A stretch of DNA of 64,000 bases. Origin: an uncultured Gemmatimonadaceae bacterium (GTDB lineage: Bacteria; Gemmatimonadota; Gemmatimonadetes; Gemmatimonadales; Gemmatimonadaceae). The notes beneath the pieces were generated by a model that saw only the letters and a list, made by a program, of their open reading frames with translations, searched no databases and was not told where the DNA came from. Numbering within the stretch: the stretch's first letter is position 1; every line of letters starts with the position of its first letter. The translations under genes and the position numbers were made by a program. Shown here one piece after another: positions 31,314 to 41,291 of this stretch. The stretch lies in NCBI GenBank assembly GCA_963781585.1, contig CAWAGQ010000007.1, positions 192,001-256,000 of the forward strand, in the 5' to 3' direction.

Positions 31314-32714
31314 ATGCAGCCGATGGGAAACGTCATGACCACCGACTCCCTTCACATCGATCGCGACAGCGTCCTGGACCTGGAGATTGTCGTCCCCAGC
31401 GGGCAGGTCCGGGACCTTCTCTCCTTCATCGATCGTACCAGACTGCCTGAAAGCCGCCTGTTGCTCGAACGGCTGCTGCTCGCACCGCTGACGTCGGCCC
31501 AGGCGATCCTGTCGCGGCAGCGAGACCTTCAGGTCATCGCGGGGATGCTCCCGAGATTGTCCCTCGACGCGGTGAAGCGTGGCCTCAACGGGACGGAGCT
31601 ATACCTGGCCCGCAGGCCAGCGACGTTAGGAAGAAGTCTCGTCACGGGTCTGCTCATGCGCGCCTTCAACCCGAAAACGTACCACGAGACCCTGACTGGC
31701 TTGCTCCGTGTCCGCGATCTGCTGGATTTCGTCCAGGGCACGCTGGATATCCTCGACCAGATGTTCCTTGAGGAGGAGGGAGATCTGCACGAGATACACC
31801 AGTGCTTTCGCGCCGCGATGGATGACACGCTTCTGAGCACGATCAGGCGGGTCCGACCGGGTGTGGGGCTGGTGCGCCTGGACCATGCTGTACGATCAAC
31901 GAAACGCGAAATGCTCAACGCCGTTTTGTCCGCCCTGCGCCGACTCGACGCGCTGCAAGCCCTCGCCACGCTCCAGAACGAACCGGGGTTCAGCTACCCC
32001 GAAATCGTGGACAGCGAGACCCCGTTTGTGGAGGCCCGTGATGTCTTCCATCCGCTCCTCAAGGCACCCGTCCCGAATGACCTTCTGATGGGCGTCGGCA
32101 CGCGCGTGAGGTTCATCACTGGCCCAAACATGGCGGGGAAATCGACGCACCTGCGGGCGTGCGGCGTGCTGGTGCTGCTCGCGCAGATGGGCGCGGCCGT
32201 GCCCGGGAAGCGAGTCCGCCTGGGGGTCTTTGACCGAATCTTTGCGTCCATTACGGTGCGTGACTCCCTCCAACGCGGTGAGAGCTTCTTTCTCGCTGAA
32301 GTGCGACGCCTTCGCGAACTGGTCAACGCGCTGGGACGGGGTGAGCGTGTGTTCGCACTGATAGACGAGGCCTTCAAGGGAACGAACGTGCACGACGCGC
32401 TGGAAGGGACGGAACTCATCGTGAGGGGTCTCGCAGCCTGCCCGCGAGGCGTCACCCTCGTGGCCTCGCACCTCACGGAACTGGCGGATCGGCTGCAGCA
32501 CGCGGCTCCGGTCGATCTCTACTATTTCGACGCGGTTCTGGAGAGCGGGATGCTGAGTTTCGATTACCGTCTCCATCCGGGCGTGTCGCACACGCGGCTG
32601 GGCATGCACATCATCAAGAGGGAGGGCCTGGAGTCGTCGCTCCAGGCGATCGCTGATGGCGGCATGGCTGATGCTGAACCGGCGGGTGGCAGTGCGCGTG
32701 TGAGCCCCGTGTAA
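31314..32714 (+). CDS. MutS-related ATPase (domain V only)
   Basis: ITGPNMAGKST, GESFFLAEV, LIDEAFKGTN, ASH; no mismatch-binding or Smr domain seen. Confidence 0.88.
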   Translation: MQPMGNVMTTDSLHIDRDSVLDLEIVVPSGQVRDLLSFIDRTRLPESRLLLERLLLAPLTSAQAILSRQRDLQVIAGMLPRLSLDAVKRGLNGTELYLARRPATLGRSLVTGLLMRAFNPKTYHETLTGLLRVRDLLDFVQGTLDILDQMFLEEEGDLHEIHQCFRAAMDDTLLSTIRRVRPGVGLVRLDHAVRSTKREMLNAVLSALRRLDALQALATLQNEPGFSYPEIVDSETPFVEARDVFHPLLKAPVPNDLLMGVGTRVRFITGPNMAGKSTHLRACGVLVLLAQMGAAVPGKRVRLGVFDRIFASITVRDSLQRGESFFLAEVRRLRELVNALGRGERVFALIDEAFKGTNVHDALEGTELIVRGLAACPRGVTLVASHLTELADRLQHAAPVDLYYFDAVLESGMLSFDYRLHPGVSHTRLGMHIIKREGLESSLQAIADGGMADAEPAGGSARVSPV

Positions 32715-32739
32715 CCCGGACTCCGGTGCCTTCGCACCC

Positions 32740-33831
32740 TCACCGCCGCAGCCACACCACCGCCGCCCGCGCTCGATTGTCCATCGGCTCACGCTGGTCC
32801 GGGTTCCCCAGGCTCCCGGCGAGACCGGCCTGGCCCGACCGCAATCCAAAGGGATGGCTGCTGCGCGGCGTGGACGTCTCGCCGCTGCCGCACGGCATGT
32901 TTCGCGGCCACCGGTCCATCAGCGTGTTCGAGTAATCCTGATACAGCCCGTAGATCTCGACCGCCTCCACCTCGCCCGCCTGAAAATCGTTGAGCGTCGC
33001 CCCCGCCTTCGCGATCCCGTCCACGAACACGCACACGACACTGTCCACGACGATCAGACCGGAGCGCAGGAAGGACTGCGAGTAGCGCAGTGCGTCCTTC
33101 AAGTTGATGCCGTAGTGGCCGGCGAACTCCTGCCGCGCGATCACCGTCGACCGATTGCCCCGACGTAGCGCGCGTTCATCGAACTCCGACAGCACCATCG
33201 ACATCTGCTTGAATCCCGTAATGCCGCGCGCCGAGTCCATCGCCACCGCCAGCTCGATCGCGCCGTCGTGCGGGACGAACACCGACAGCATGCGTGTCTG
33301 GAACCCCGGCCGGTGCACGTTCACCACGTACGCCCCTTCCTTCACCGCACCGAAATTGAACCGGCCGGTGGCCGGTGTTTTCGCGGATGCATGCGCGCCG
33401 ACGACGTCGACATTGACCCCGTCGAGCGGATGCAGATCGCCCCGCGTGAAGACGGTTCCGAAGATGCCGGTGCGCGCGGCACGAATCGGGACAGTGTCGA
33501 GCTGCGTGAACCGCAGCAGCGCGATCGTGACGTCGAGGCCTTCGGCCGGCAGGTCGATGGACTGCTCGTCGGACTGGTATCCGCTCTTGACGGTGCGGAG
33601 GATGTGCGCGCCGCGCGAGACACCGGTGAGGCGGAATCGACCCGCCGCATCAGTATCGGTGCGCCTGGCGAAGTCGCCGGGATCGACGACCACCGTGGCG
33701 CCCTGAAGCGCGCGACCGGTCATGTCGCGCACGATGCCGGAGATCGTTCCGGGGCGCGCCTGCGCATCCGCCGTCCGCAGCGCAATCGTCCCCAGAGTCA
33801 GCACGGCGGCGATGGTTCGACCGATTCTCAC
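32740..33831 (-). CDS. Carboxypeptidase-regulatory-like domain protein (paralogue of 21904)
   Basis: GTISGIVRD, TDAAGRF, CVFVDG, EVEAVEIY, CG, VVWLRR; GTG start with AGGGAG. Confidence 0.75.
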   Translation of the reverse strand: MRIGRTIAAVLTLGTIALRTADAQARPGTISGIVRDMTGRALQGATVVVDPGDFARRTDTDAAGRFRLTGVSRGAHILRTVKSGYQSDEQSIDLPAEGLDVTIALLRFTQLDTVPIRAARTGIFGTVFTRGDLHPLDGVNVDVVGAHASAKTPATGRFNFGAVKEGAYVVNVHRPGFQTRMLSVFVPHDGAIELAVAMDSARGITGFKQMSMVLSEFDERALRRGNRSTVIARQEFAGHYGINLKDALRYSQSFLRSGLIVVDSVVCVFVDGIAKAGATLNDFQAGEVEAVEIYGLYQDYSNTLMDRWPRNMPCGSGETSTPRSSHPFGLRSGQAGLAGSLGNPDQREPMDNRARAAVVWLRR

Positions 33832-34043
33832 GGCGTACTCCCTCGCTGAGATCCGCGGCCTGCCGGGACCACGATCGTTACCCGTCTCCGGCGCACAAGT
33901 GCCCCCCATCTTCGCTCAGAATACCGGGCAAGTCACCCCCTTAACACCCCTTCCCAGCGCCCCGTCCGACCATCGCGTAATCTACGACGGCCCGGTGTGG
34001 CCGCGTCGGCCATCGGGCGTCGGCGCAACCGCGGAGCCCCTAT

Positions 34044-35006
34044 TTGAAGCGACGAAAGCACGAGGTCTCAACGAGAGGGCTATCTCCAGCGGAATCGTCC
34101 GGGAACTTCAGGACGGACGCCACTGCCGCCACCGACGCGAGGGGGGCGACCGGCGAGGGCGGTGCGACCAAGGGCGCGACTGGTGGTTCGGGCAAACGCA
34201 GGAGCAACAGCCTGATCGCACTGGGGTCCGCGGCAATAGTTGCCGTCTACGCGGCGGGCTACCAGCGCACCCGCGCCGCGGCGCAGAGCTTTTCCGATGA
34301 AGATGCTCGACGAAGGCCGGCTGCCCACGCGGCGCCAACCCCGTCCGCGACCGCGCCCGAGTTGGCGCTGAGCGCCTCGGCGAAGGTACCAGCCGCGAGC
34401 GAGAGCTCGACGGAGCACGACAGCGCAACACCAGCACCGAAGCAGGAATCCCGTCCTGATCCCCGAGCTGATGTCGCTCGAGCGGCGAAGGGGTCAACGC
34501 ACTTTTCCTCCGCTCCGTCTGTACCGAAGGTCGCCGACGCACCGGTGGCCGCGGCCGCGAAGTCCGCCGATCACGCCACTCCGCCCGGCTCGGTCGCGAA
34601 GGTGACGACGTCGCTCGACACGGCGCGCGCGCCGGCACCGGGGACTTCTACAGTCGTGGTGGCGGTCGACACACCGAGGACCAACGGAGTTCCCGACTCC
34701 ACGCAATCTGCCGATTCCGCCGCGAACGCAGCGCAGGAAGAGGCGAAGCTCAGGGATGGCACCTACACCGGATGGGGTACATCGCGGCACGGCGACATCC
34801 AGGCGGCGGTGCAGATCGAAGGCGGCCGCATCGTTCGCGCGTCGATCGTGCAGTGCCTCACGCGATACTCCTGCTCCTGGATCGCCGCGCTCCCGCCGCA
34901 GGTCGTGAGCCGCCAGAGCCCGGAGGTGGACTACGTGTCGGGCGCTACGCAGAGCACGAACGCGTTCTACTATGCCATCGTCGAGGCGCTGTCGAAGGCC
35001 AGGTGA
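34044..35006 (+). CDS. Membrane-anchored FMN-binding (flavinylated) domain protein
   Basis: TM segment, long Ala/Pro/Ser linker, DGTYTG..SRHGDIQ, DYVSGAT flavinylation motif; start uncertain. Confidence 0.82.
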   Translation: MKRRKHEVSTRGLSPAESSGNFRTDATAATDARGATGEGGATKGATGGSGKRRSNSLIALGSAAIVAVYAAGYQRTRAAAQSFSDEDARRRPAAHAAPTPSATAPELALSASAKVPAASESSTEHDSATPAPKQESRPDPRADVARAAKGSTHFSSAPSVPKVADAPVAAAAKSADHATPPGSVAKVTTSLDTARAPAPGTSTVVVAVDTPRTNGVPDSTQSADSAANAAQEEAKLRDGTYTGWGTSRHGDIQAAVQIEGGRIVRASIVQCLTRYSCSWIAALPPQVVSRQSPEVDYVSGATQSTNAFYYAIVEALSKAR

Positions 35007-36226
35007 GTCGCGTCTACGTGCACAGCGTGGCCGCCATGGGGACGGTGGTCACCATCCAGGCGATCGGTGACGGCAATGTTCTCGAGCGCTCGTCCGCGGG
35101 CGGAGGTGCTACTCGTCAGGCGGACATCCGGGCGCCGATTGTCGGGCGTGCCCTCGACTGGTTTCTCCGCATCGAGGAGGTCTGCTCGCGTTTCGATGAG
35201 ACGAGCGAGCTGCGCCGGCTGTGCGCGCAGGTTGGTACGCCGGTTCCGGTGAGCGAGCTGCTCTTCCAGACAGTGCAATTCGCGCTGGCGGTGGCCGCCG
35301 AGACCGACGGCGCGTTCGATCCGACCGTCGGGCGTCGCATGGAAGAGATGGGATTCAACGCGGACTTCCGGACCGGCGCCGTGACGGATTCGACCGGAGC
35401 CGCAGGCGACGCACTGGGTGCACGCGATCTTGCCGAAGGCACCGCAGGGTCGCGCCCTGCAGCCGGCGCCCCCGTGACGTTTCGCGACGTCGTCCTCGAT
35501 CCAGCCGCGCACACCATCACGCTGCTCGAGCCACTCATGCTCGACCTTGGCGCCGTGGCCAAGGGCCTCGCGATCGACCTCGCGGCGCGGGAGCTGCGTC
35601 CGATCGCCAACTTCGCGATCGATGCCGGCGGCGACCTGTACCTCGGCGGATGCAACGAAGAGGGCGTACCGTGGCGGGTGGGGATCCGCCATCCGCGTCG
35701 CGAGGGTGAATTGATCGAGACGCTCCACGTCTCCAACATCGCCGTGTGTACGTCGGGCGACTACGAGCGGCGCGCGGGAAATCAGAACACGGCCGGTTTC
35801 CTGGCGAGTGACGATGCCGAGCGAGATAGGCGTACTACGGAGGGCGTCGCGCGACCTGTCCGTGCGGGACTTCTCGCAGAAGATGTAGTGCGTGAAGCGA
35901 TCGGGCAGACTGAGGGCGATCAGGACCGACAGGGCAAGAAACGGCCTGCGCACGCCGGCGCCGGCACCGCGCACCATATAATAGATGCGCGCACCGGCCA
36001 ATCGGCGTCAGGCGCGGTGAGCACGACCGTCGTCGCCGACTCCGCCATGGTGGCTGACGCACTGGCGACAGCGGCGTTCGTTCTGGGCCCGGAAGCCGGA
36101 ATCCGGCTGCTCGAGTCGCACGGCGTGGACGGGCTGATGGTGACGTCCACGCTCGAGCGATTCGCGACCCGTGGAATGCAACAGGAGTACGTGAGGCCGC
36201 GGCCGGAGACGATCGGTGTGGAGTGA
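35003..36226 (+). CDS. apbE: FAD:protein FMN transferase
   Basis: AMGT, GAFDPTVG, DLGAVAKG, DAGGD, TSGDYER, HHIID, ADALATA; GTGA overlap with the upstream gene. Confidence 0.9.
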   Translation: MSRVYVHSVAAMGTVVTIQAIGDGNVLERSSAGGGATRQADIRAPIVGRALDWFLRIEEVCSRFDETSELRRLCAQVGTPVPVSELLFQTVQFALAVAAETDGAFDPTVGRRMEEMGFNADFRTGAVTDSTGAAGDALGARDLAEGTAGSRPAAGAPVTFRDVVLDPAAHTITLLEPLMLDLGAVAKGLAIDLAARELRPIANFAIDAGGDLYLGGCNEEGVPWRVGIRHPRREGELIETLHVSNIAVCTSGDYERRAGNQNTAGFLASDDAERDRRTTEGVARPVRAGLLAEDVVREAIGQTEGDQDRQGKKRPAHAGAGTAHHIIDARTGQSASGAVSTTVVADSAMVADALATAAFVLGPEAGIRLLESHGVDGLMVTSTLERFATRGMQQEYVRPRPETIGVE

Positions 36227-37028
36227 ACTCACGCGGTTCTTTCGCCGGCCAAAGGGATTGCTCATTCTCGCGCTCCTGCTCGTGCTGGGTATCGCGGCGC
36301 CGGCCGAGGGCGTAGTGCGAGTCGTCCCCGGTCTCCTGAGCGCGGTGCTGGCGGCCATGGTTGTCGATGCACCAATGCTCAGGTGGCGAGAGGGTGCGTG
36401 GGTCTTTCCCGATGGAGCGCTGCTCACGGGGCTCATCGTGGCGATGGTGCTGAGCCCGTTCGAGCCCTGGTACGTGCCGGCCGTCACGTCGGCGCTCGCG
36501 GTCTCGAGCAAATACGTCATCCGTACGCGATCAGCCAACGTCTTCAATCCGGCGGCGCTTGCGCTGGTGGTGACGTTCTATCTGTTCGACACGCAGCAGA
36601 GCTGGTGGGGGGCGCTGCCTGAAGTGGCGCCGGCGGCGCTGGTCGCGCTGTTCGCGACGGGGCTGTTCATCACGCAGCGTGTGAACAAGCTGCCGGTGGT
36701 GCTCTCGTTTCTGGGCGTCTACTACCTGCTGTTCACGGTGGCTGCGTTCGTTGGCGATCCGCGGGGCGTGGCGGAGGTGTATCGCGCCCCCGATCTGCAG
36801 GCCGCGCTGTTCTTCGCGTTCTTCATGGTCACCGATCCGCCGACTTCACCACCCAAGCATCCCGATCAGATCGTGTACGGCGCGATGGTGGCGGTGGTGA
36901 GCTTCGCGGTGTTCGAGTTGCTCGGCGCCGCCTATTTCCTGCTCGCCGGACTGCTCGTGGCCAACGCGTGGGAGGCGTGGCGCCGTGTGCGGGTCAGGCG
37001 GCCGAGGTGGGTGGGGGTGGTGGCGTAA
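36216..37028 (+). CDS. RnfD/NqrB-like membrane protein
   Basis: ALLTGLI, SKY...FNPAA, FFMVTDPPTSP. Confidence 0.85.
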   Translation: MWSELTRFFRRPKGLLILALLLVLGIAAPAEGVVRVVPGLLSAVLAAMVVDAPMLRWREGAWVFPDGALLTGLIVAMVLSPFEPWYVPAVTSALAVSSKYVIRTRSANVFNPAALALVVTFYLFDTQQSWWGALPEVAPAALVALFATGLFITQRVNKLPVVLSFLGVYYLLFTVAAFVGDPRGVAEVYRAPDLQAALFFAFFMVTDPPTSPPKHPDQIVYGAMVAVVSFAVFELLGAAYFLLAGLLVANAWEAWRRVRVRRPRWVGVVA

Positions 37029-37063
37029 GGAGAGGTGTGGGCCGACGGATCCCGGTAACTCCC

Positions 37064-37444
37064 TCATGCGGCGGCGGCGTCCACCGGTCCCGCATCAACG
37101 AGCACATGTCGGACGGGATCAACGCGAAGATTGAGACCTTCGAGGGTTCGCGCGCCCAACAGGACCATGTCACCCGGCTCCGCGAACACGACGTCGTCCG
37201 CCGTTTGCGAACCCGCAACGTGAATGATCGCGAAGCCGGCCTGCCGCTCGATCGCGCGTCCGTCTGCGACGCGGAAGCGCACGGACTTCTCGGGCTGAAT
37301 GCCCAGTGACTGGAGGACGGTCCGTGGCACCCACGTGGCCTCGCCGCCGGTATCGATGAGCACATTCGGCAACTCGCGGAACTCGCCGCGCCGGGTGTGG
37401 CTCTCGACAAGGATGGTCGTGCGGAATGTTCCCACATCGGACAT
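37064..37444 (-). CDS. Clan AA (retropepsin-like) aspartyl protease
   Basis: LIDTGG, ADGR, LLGARTLEGL; CAGGAG RBS. Confidence 0.8.
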   Translation of the reverse strand: MSDVGTFRTTILVESHTRRGEFRELPNVLIDTGGEATWVPRTVLQSLGIQPEKSVRFRVADGRAIERQAGFAIIHVAGSQTADDVVFAEPGDMVLLGARTLEGLNLRVDPVRHVLVDAGPVDAAAA

Positions 37445-38071
37445 GTTAATCTCCTGCATGCTGAAGCCCGCCATCATTCTATTTCGAACCGCATCACGCG
37501 CACAACCCGACAGCAGAACGGCGGGATCAGCGCAACGCATCCTCAGGGACAGGATGACAGTCGGACGACCCGGGTGCGAGTGGGATTGCGCCGTACTGCG
37601 CGCCGCAGCAATGTGCGAAGGACGCGAGGCAAAGCGTGAGGCATGACGGAGCCGTCGGCAGAGCTGGATCTCATCGTGCAAGTATCTGATCGGATGCAGC
37701 ACGCCACGGCGCGGCGGTGTGTTCGGCGACTGCTCATCCGGCTCGCGACCACACTGGCTGCGTGCCGGTCGCCATGTGAGGGCACGCTGATGTCGGCGCT
37801 GGGAACATTCCGTCTGCGGGTCCCGGTCAACATGGGGCGGGGCCGCGAGAGACTGGCCCCCGCGGCATCAAACACGTTCAACGTGTACTGAGATGACGTG
37901 AGGGCGTCCATGGCGGGCCCTCTTGAGTGCGACGCGCGAGCGACGGCCGTCGTGATCGCACTTCTCACTGGAGCGGTAGCGCGTGCGCAGGAGCCGGCGC
38001 ACGCAGGCCGGGCGCAGGAGGCGGCCCCAGTGACTCCACCTCCTCCCGCCTAACGCGTGTTGGTCAGCGGG

Positions 38072-39256
38072 TCACCGCGGCGACGGCTTCTTCGTGCATC
38101 CGTCCCGCAGCTGGAGCCGGACCACCGCGTCCGAGCTACGGATTTCCATCCAGCAGTCGCGATCTGCGATCGTCACGGTTGTGTTGCCCGCGCCGCGCAC
38201 GGTGATGTCGGAATTACCGAAGGATCCTGAGAAGCGGACGGGCTGCTGCGCCGGCGGAAGGGTCCAATCCATCCGCGCCTTCTGAAGGACCATTTGCGCG
38301 CGGTCAAGTTCTTCTCGCGAGACGGCTCCGCGCTCGTACTGGCGCTGGGTTTCTTCGACGTCGGCCTGAGCGGCAAGCATCTGTCGGGTGCGAGCCTTTA
38401 CCAACGCCAGTCGCGCCCTCTCCAAATCCTGGCGTGCGAGTAGGCCGTTCTCATACAGTTGCTCGGCCCGATCCAGCTCGCGCTGCGCATCCGTCAGTTC
38501 CTGCGCGACATCCGGCTCGCGGGACCGCGCGACCTCTCCCTGCGTCGTTTTGCGCGCCTCGACTACCGACGTCTTTGGCGTAGCGTCGGCGACGACTGTC
38601 TTCTCGAAGCGCGACGGAACGACCTTGTCGACGGAAACGTCGATGCGCTCGGGCTTGACGACCCGCACGCCCGCCGTGTCCAGGTTCACCCGCTCCGACT
38701 TGAGGACGATGGTGTCGCCGACAACCTTCGGGGGTGAAAACTGGATGAGCTTCGGTGTCACCGCTATCTCCCGATACGAGCCGGCGGTCACGGAGATGCC
38801 GAGGGTCTGCTGGCCGCGCTGCACGGTGAATCGCACGGTCTGACCGATGCGCGCGGTTGCCAGCCGGTCGGCACCCGCATCGCTGGTGAGGTCGAGACCG
38901 TCGATGCGCGCGAGGACGTCACCCGAGCGAAGCCCCGCTCGCTGCGCCGGGCCATCCGGCTCGACGGCACGGATGCTTGGAGGAGTGGAGAACTCCCAGC
39001 GGGTGCCGCTCCTGGTCTCGGTCATCGTGCAGCTGCCACACATGATGCTGAACCCGAACCAGACACGGTCGCCCTGGAGCTTGATCGCGTCCCCTGAGAA
39101 TTGGAAGTGCGGTGTTGAGTCGATCACCGCGCCCTTGTCGGGTGGACGACGTATCTCCTGCGCGGTCAAGCCGTGTGAAGCGAGTGAGGCGACTGCAACG
39201 ATCCCAGCCACGCGTAGCCAGGGGCGACTTCTGGGACACTTCGAGTTGGACGTCAT
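38072..39256 (-). CDS. Secreted PDZ-domain protein with coiled-coil repeats
   Basis: CGSC, VEPDGPAQRAGLRSGDVLARIDG; two LYExGxxxRxxLxRA repeats. Confidence 0.75.
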   Translation of the reverse strand: MTSNSKCPRSRPWLRVAGIVAVASLASHGLTAQEIRRPPDKGAVIDSTPHFQFSGDAIKLQGDRVWFGFSIMCGSCTMTETRSGTRWEFSTPPSIRAVEPDGPAQRAGLRSGDVLARIDGLDLTSDAGADRLATARIGQTVRFTVQRGQQTLGISVTAGSYREIAVTPKLIQFSPPKVVGDTIVLKSERVNLDTAGVRVVKPERIDVSVDKVVPSRFEKTVVADATPKTSVVEARKTTQGEVARSREPDVAQELTDAQRELDRAEQLYENGLLARQDLERARLALVKARTRQMLAAQADVEETQRQYERGAVSREELDRAQMVLQKARMDWTLPPAQQPVRFSGSFGNSDITVRGAGNTTVTIADRDCWMEIRSSDAVVRLQLRDGCTKKPSPR

Positions 39257-39371
39257 GGTGACCTGCTCCCGGAATGGCAGCGCATCGTGGACAACCGATC
39301 GCTGATAATTGCGGACCGCTGATGACTGACGGTTCATCCTGATAGCTGACCGCGGAACGCTGGCGAATGCT

Positions 39372-39716
39372 TCACAGCCACCCCACCAACTTGCCGTCGG
39401 CGGGTGCGGCGATGGTGCGAACATTGGGCGACGGAGACGGCGCCGCGCTGGACTCCGTATGCGGCATGAGCGGAAGCAGCGTCGCGCCGGCCGCCGCGCC
39501 CGCGGCGAAGAGCACGAAGCCCGCAGCGGCGGCTAGCGGGACCGGAATGGCCCGCCGATACCAGCGGCGCCGGGTGAACGCTTCCTCCACACGGAGCGCG
39601 TGGACCACGCGGTCCTCGACGGCGGGGTCGGGGGCGAGCGCACGGGGCAGGGCCAGGAACGCGGCGCGTTCGCTGTCGGTGAGTTCGAATTCGTCGTGGG
39701 TATCCATGGTATCCAT
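39372..39716 (-). CDS. Putative single-TM anti-sigma factor
   Basis: Directly downstream of an ECF sigma; one TM helix; start uncertain. Confidence 0.55.
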   Translation of the reverse strand: MDTMDTHDEFELTDSERAAFLALPRALAPDPAVEDRVVHALRVEEAFTRRRWYRRAIPVPLAAAAGFVLFAAGAAAGATLLPLMPHTESSAAPSPSPNVRTIAAPADGKLVGWL

Positions 39717-39718
39717 CC

Positions 39719-40282
39719 TCACTGCATGCCGGTGGCACATTCTGCATCCTGTTCGCTGACCGCGAGCAGACGTCTCACGGCGCGGCGTGCCTCGAACAAC
39801 TGGCTCTTGGACGTGCCGGGGGCGATGCCCAACATCTCTGCGATGTCCCCGTGGGTGAATCCTTCCACGTCGTGCAGGACGAGCACCGCGCGATATCCGG
39901 GGGGGAGCAACGCGATGGCCGCCTCGAGATCACCGGCTACGGGTTGCGGCGCGGCTTCCATCGCCAGCTCATCCGGGTCGAGATCGACGACCCGCGACTC
40001 TTCACGTCGGTGCGCACGCAACCATTCGCGTGCCACGTTCACGGCGATGCCGCGCAGCCAGGCCGCGAGGTTGCCGTCGGGCCGAAAATCGGCCAGACGG
40101 CGGACCGCGCGGAGCCAGGTCTCCTGCAGCAGATCCTCGGCCTGGGCGACATCGCCACCTGCGAAGCGCAAATGAAGCTGATACATGCGTGCGGAGTGTC
40201 GTCGGTAGAGTGTCCGGAATGCCCCCTCGTCGCCGAGCGAATGCAGACGCGCGATGAGCGTGGAGTCGGGTTCGGGAGGCAT
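39719..40282 (-). CDS. ECF RNA polymerase sigma factor
   Basis: AEDLLQETW, WLRGIAVN, LVLHDVEGFTHGDIAEMLGI, SKSQLFEAR. Confidence 0.92.
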   Translation of the reverse strand: MPPEPDSTLIARLHSLGDEGAFRTLYRRHSARMYQLHLRFAGGDVAQAEDLLQETWLRAVRRLADFRPDGNLAAWLRGIAVNVAREWLRAHRREESRVVDLDPDELAMEAAPQPVAGDLEAAIALLPPGYRAVLVLHDVEGFTHGDIAEMLGIAPGTSKSQLFEARRAVRRLLAVSEQDAECATGMQ

Positions 40283-40608
40283 GCCGGGAAAGAAGTGCGG
40301 GATCTGGAGCGCCGCAACGCGGAGTCGGGCGGTCGGTGCCGTCCTCTATATGGTATTGGCCGCGGTGGCTCGAAAGGTTGGTCCGCTCGGCCAATCGTCG
40401 CGCATCCCCGTCGGCTGATCACCTATGCTGAACCCGGAGACGGACGGCGGTGGTCCCTCGGGGCCTCACGTGGGCGACTTTCACCGGTGGACCTGTCAGC
40501 ATGCAGGCCAGCCGCCTGCGTGGGCGCAAGCGGCTGGTGGTGATCCGGGCCGGCTCTCCAAGGTGAAGCGAACGCGGCGCTTGGCGCGCCGGTGTGGCGG
40601 CGTGTTTC

Positions 40609-41163
40609 TTATGGAACGTAGTAGGCCGTGAAACACTGGCCGGAAGCGCCCATCAGCTGGCTACCTCGCTCCATGGCCGCAATCGTGCCGTTGAACGCAT
40701 CCACTGCGAGCTGGCTCTTGTGATAGGCCGCGCTGATCGTGGACCAGTGCGCGGCAGTGGGGAGCCAGCCGAGGATGGTCAACAAGTAGGCCTTGAAGTT
40801 GCCTGCCTCCACGTACGTGGTGACGTTGGGATTGCGGTTCCCCGAGTTGTTATTGAAGTCCACCATCTGGGTAGCGCGATCATACGAACGCTGCAGCAGG
40901 TCGCGCGAGTTGGTGGCTGCCACGGCGTACGCTCCGCTGGTGCCGTTCGCCTGCGCGTCGGCGCGCGCCGAGGCGAGCGCCTTTCCGATGAGGTTTCGGT
41001 ACCCGTCGATCGACGATGCGGTGAGCTGCGTGCAGGCACTGGCCGCGAGCGCGGCATGCGTGGTCACCAGGACGGCCTGCTGCGCGAGGGCGACTGGCGG
41101 CACCACCGCGCGGGCGGCGAACAGGGAACAGACGAGCAGGATCGAAGGGGGATTGGCGCGCAT
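40609..41163 (-). CDS. Secreted hypothetical protein
   Basis: Signal-like N-terminus, coding-like composition, two Cys near the termini. Confidence 0.65.
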   Translation of the reverse strand: MRANPPSILLVCSLFAARAVVPPVALAQQAVLVTTHAALAASACTQLTASSIDGYRNLIGKALASARADAQANGTSGAYAVAATNSRDLLQRSYDRATQMVDFNNNSGNRNPNVTTYVEAGNFKAYLLTILGWLPTAAHWSTISAAYHKSQLAVDAFNGTIAAMERGSQLMGASGQCFTAYYVP

Positions 41164-41291
41164 CGGTGGCTCCATCGAGGGTTCCTGCTCTCAAACGCCA
41201 TCCACCCCGGAAATCCGCCATTCCGCGTCGGTCAGCTGCCGTCGCGCCACCGCCAGGTTCTGCAACTTCCCATCGAAACCACAGGAGCTCG

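Noticed and set aside
37643..37891. 82-aa ORF
   Set aside because: No motif or RBS; cannot distinguish from chance
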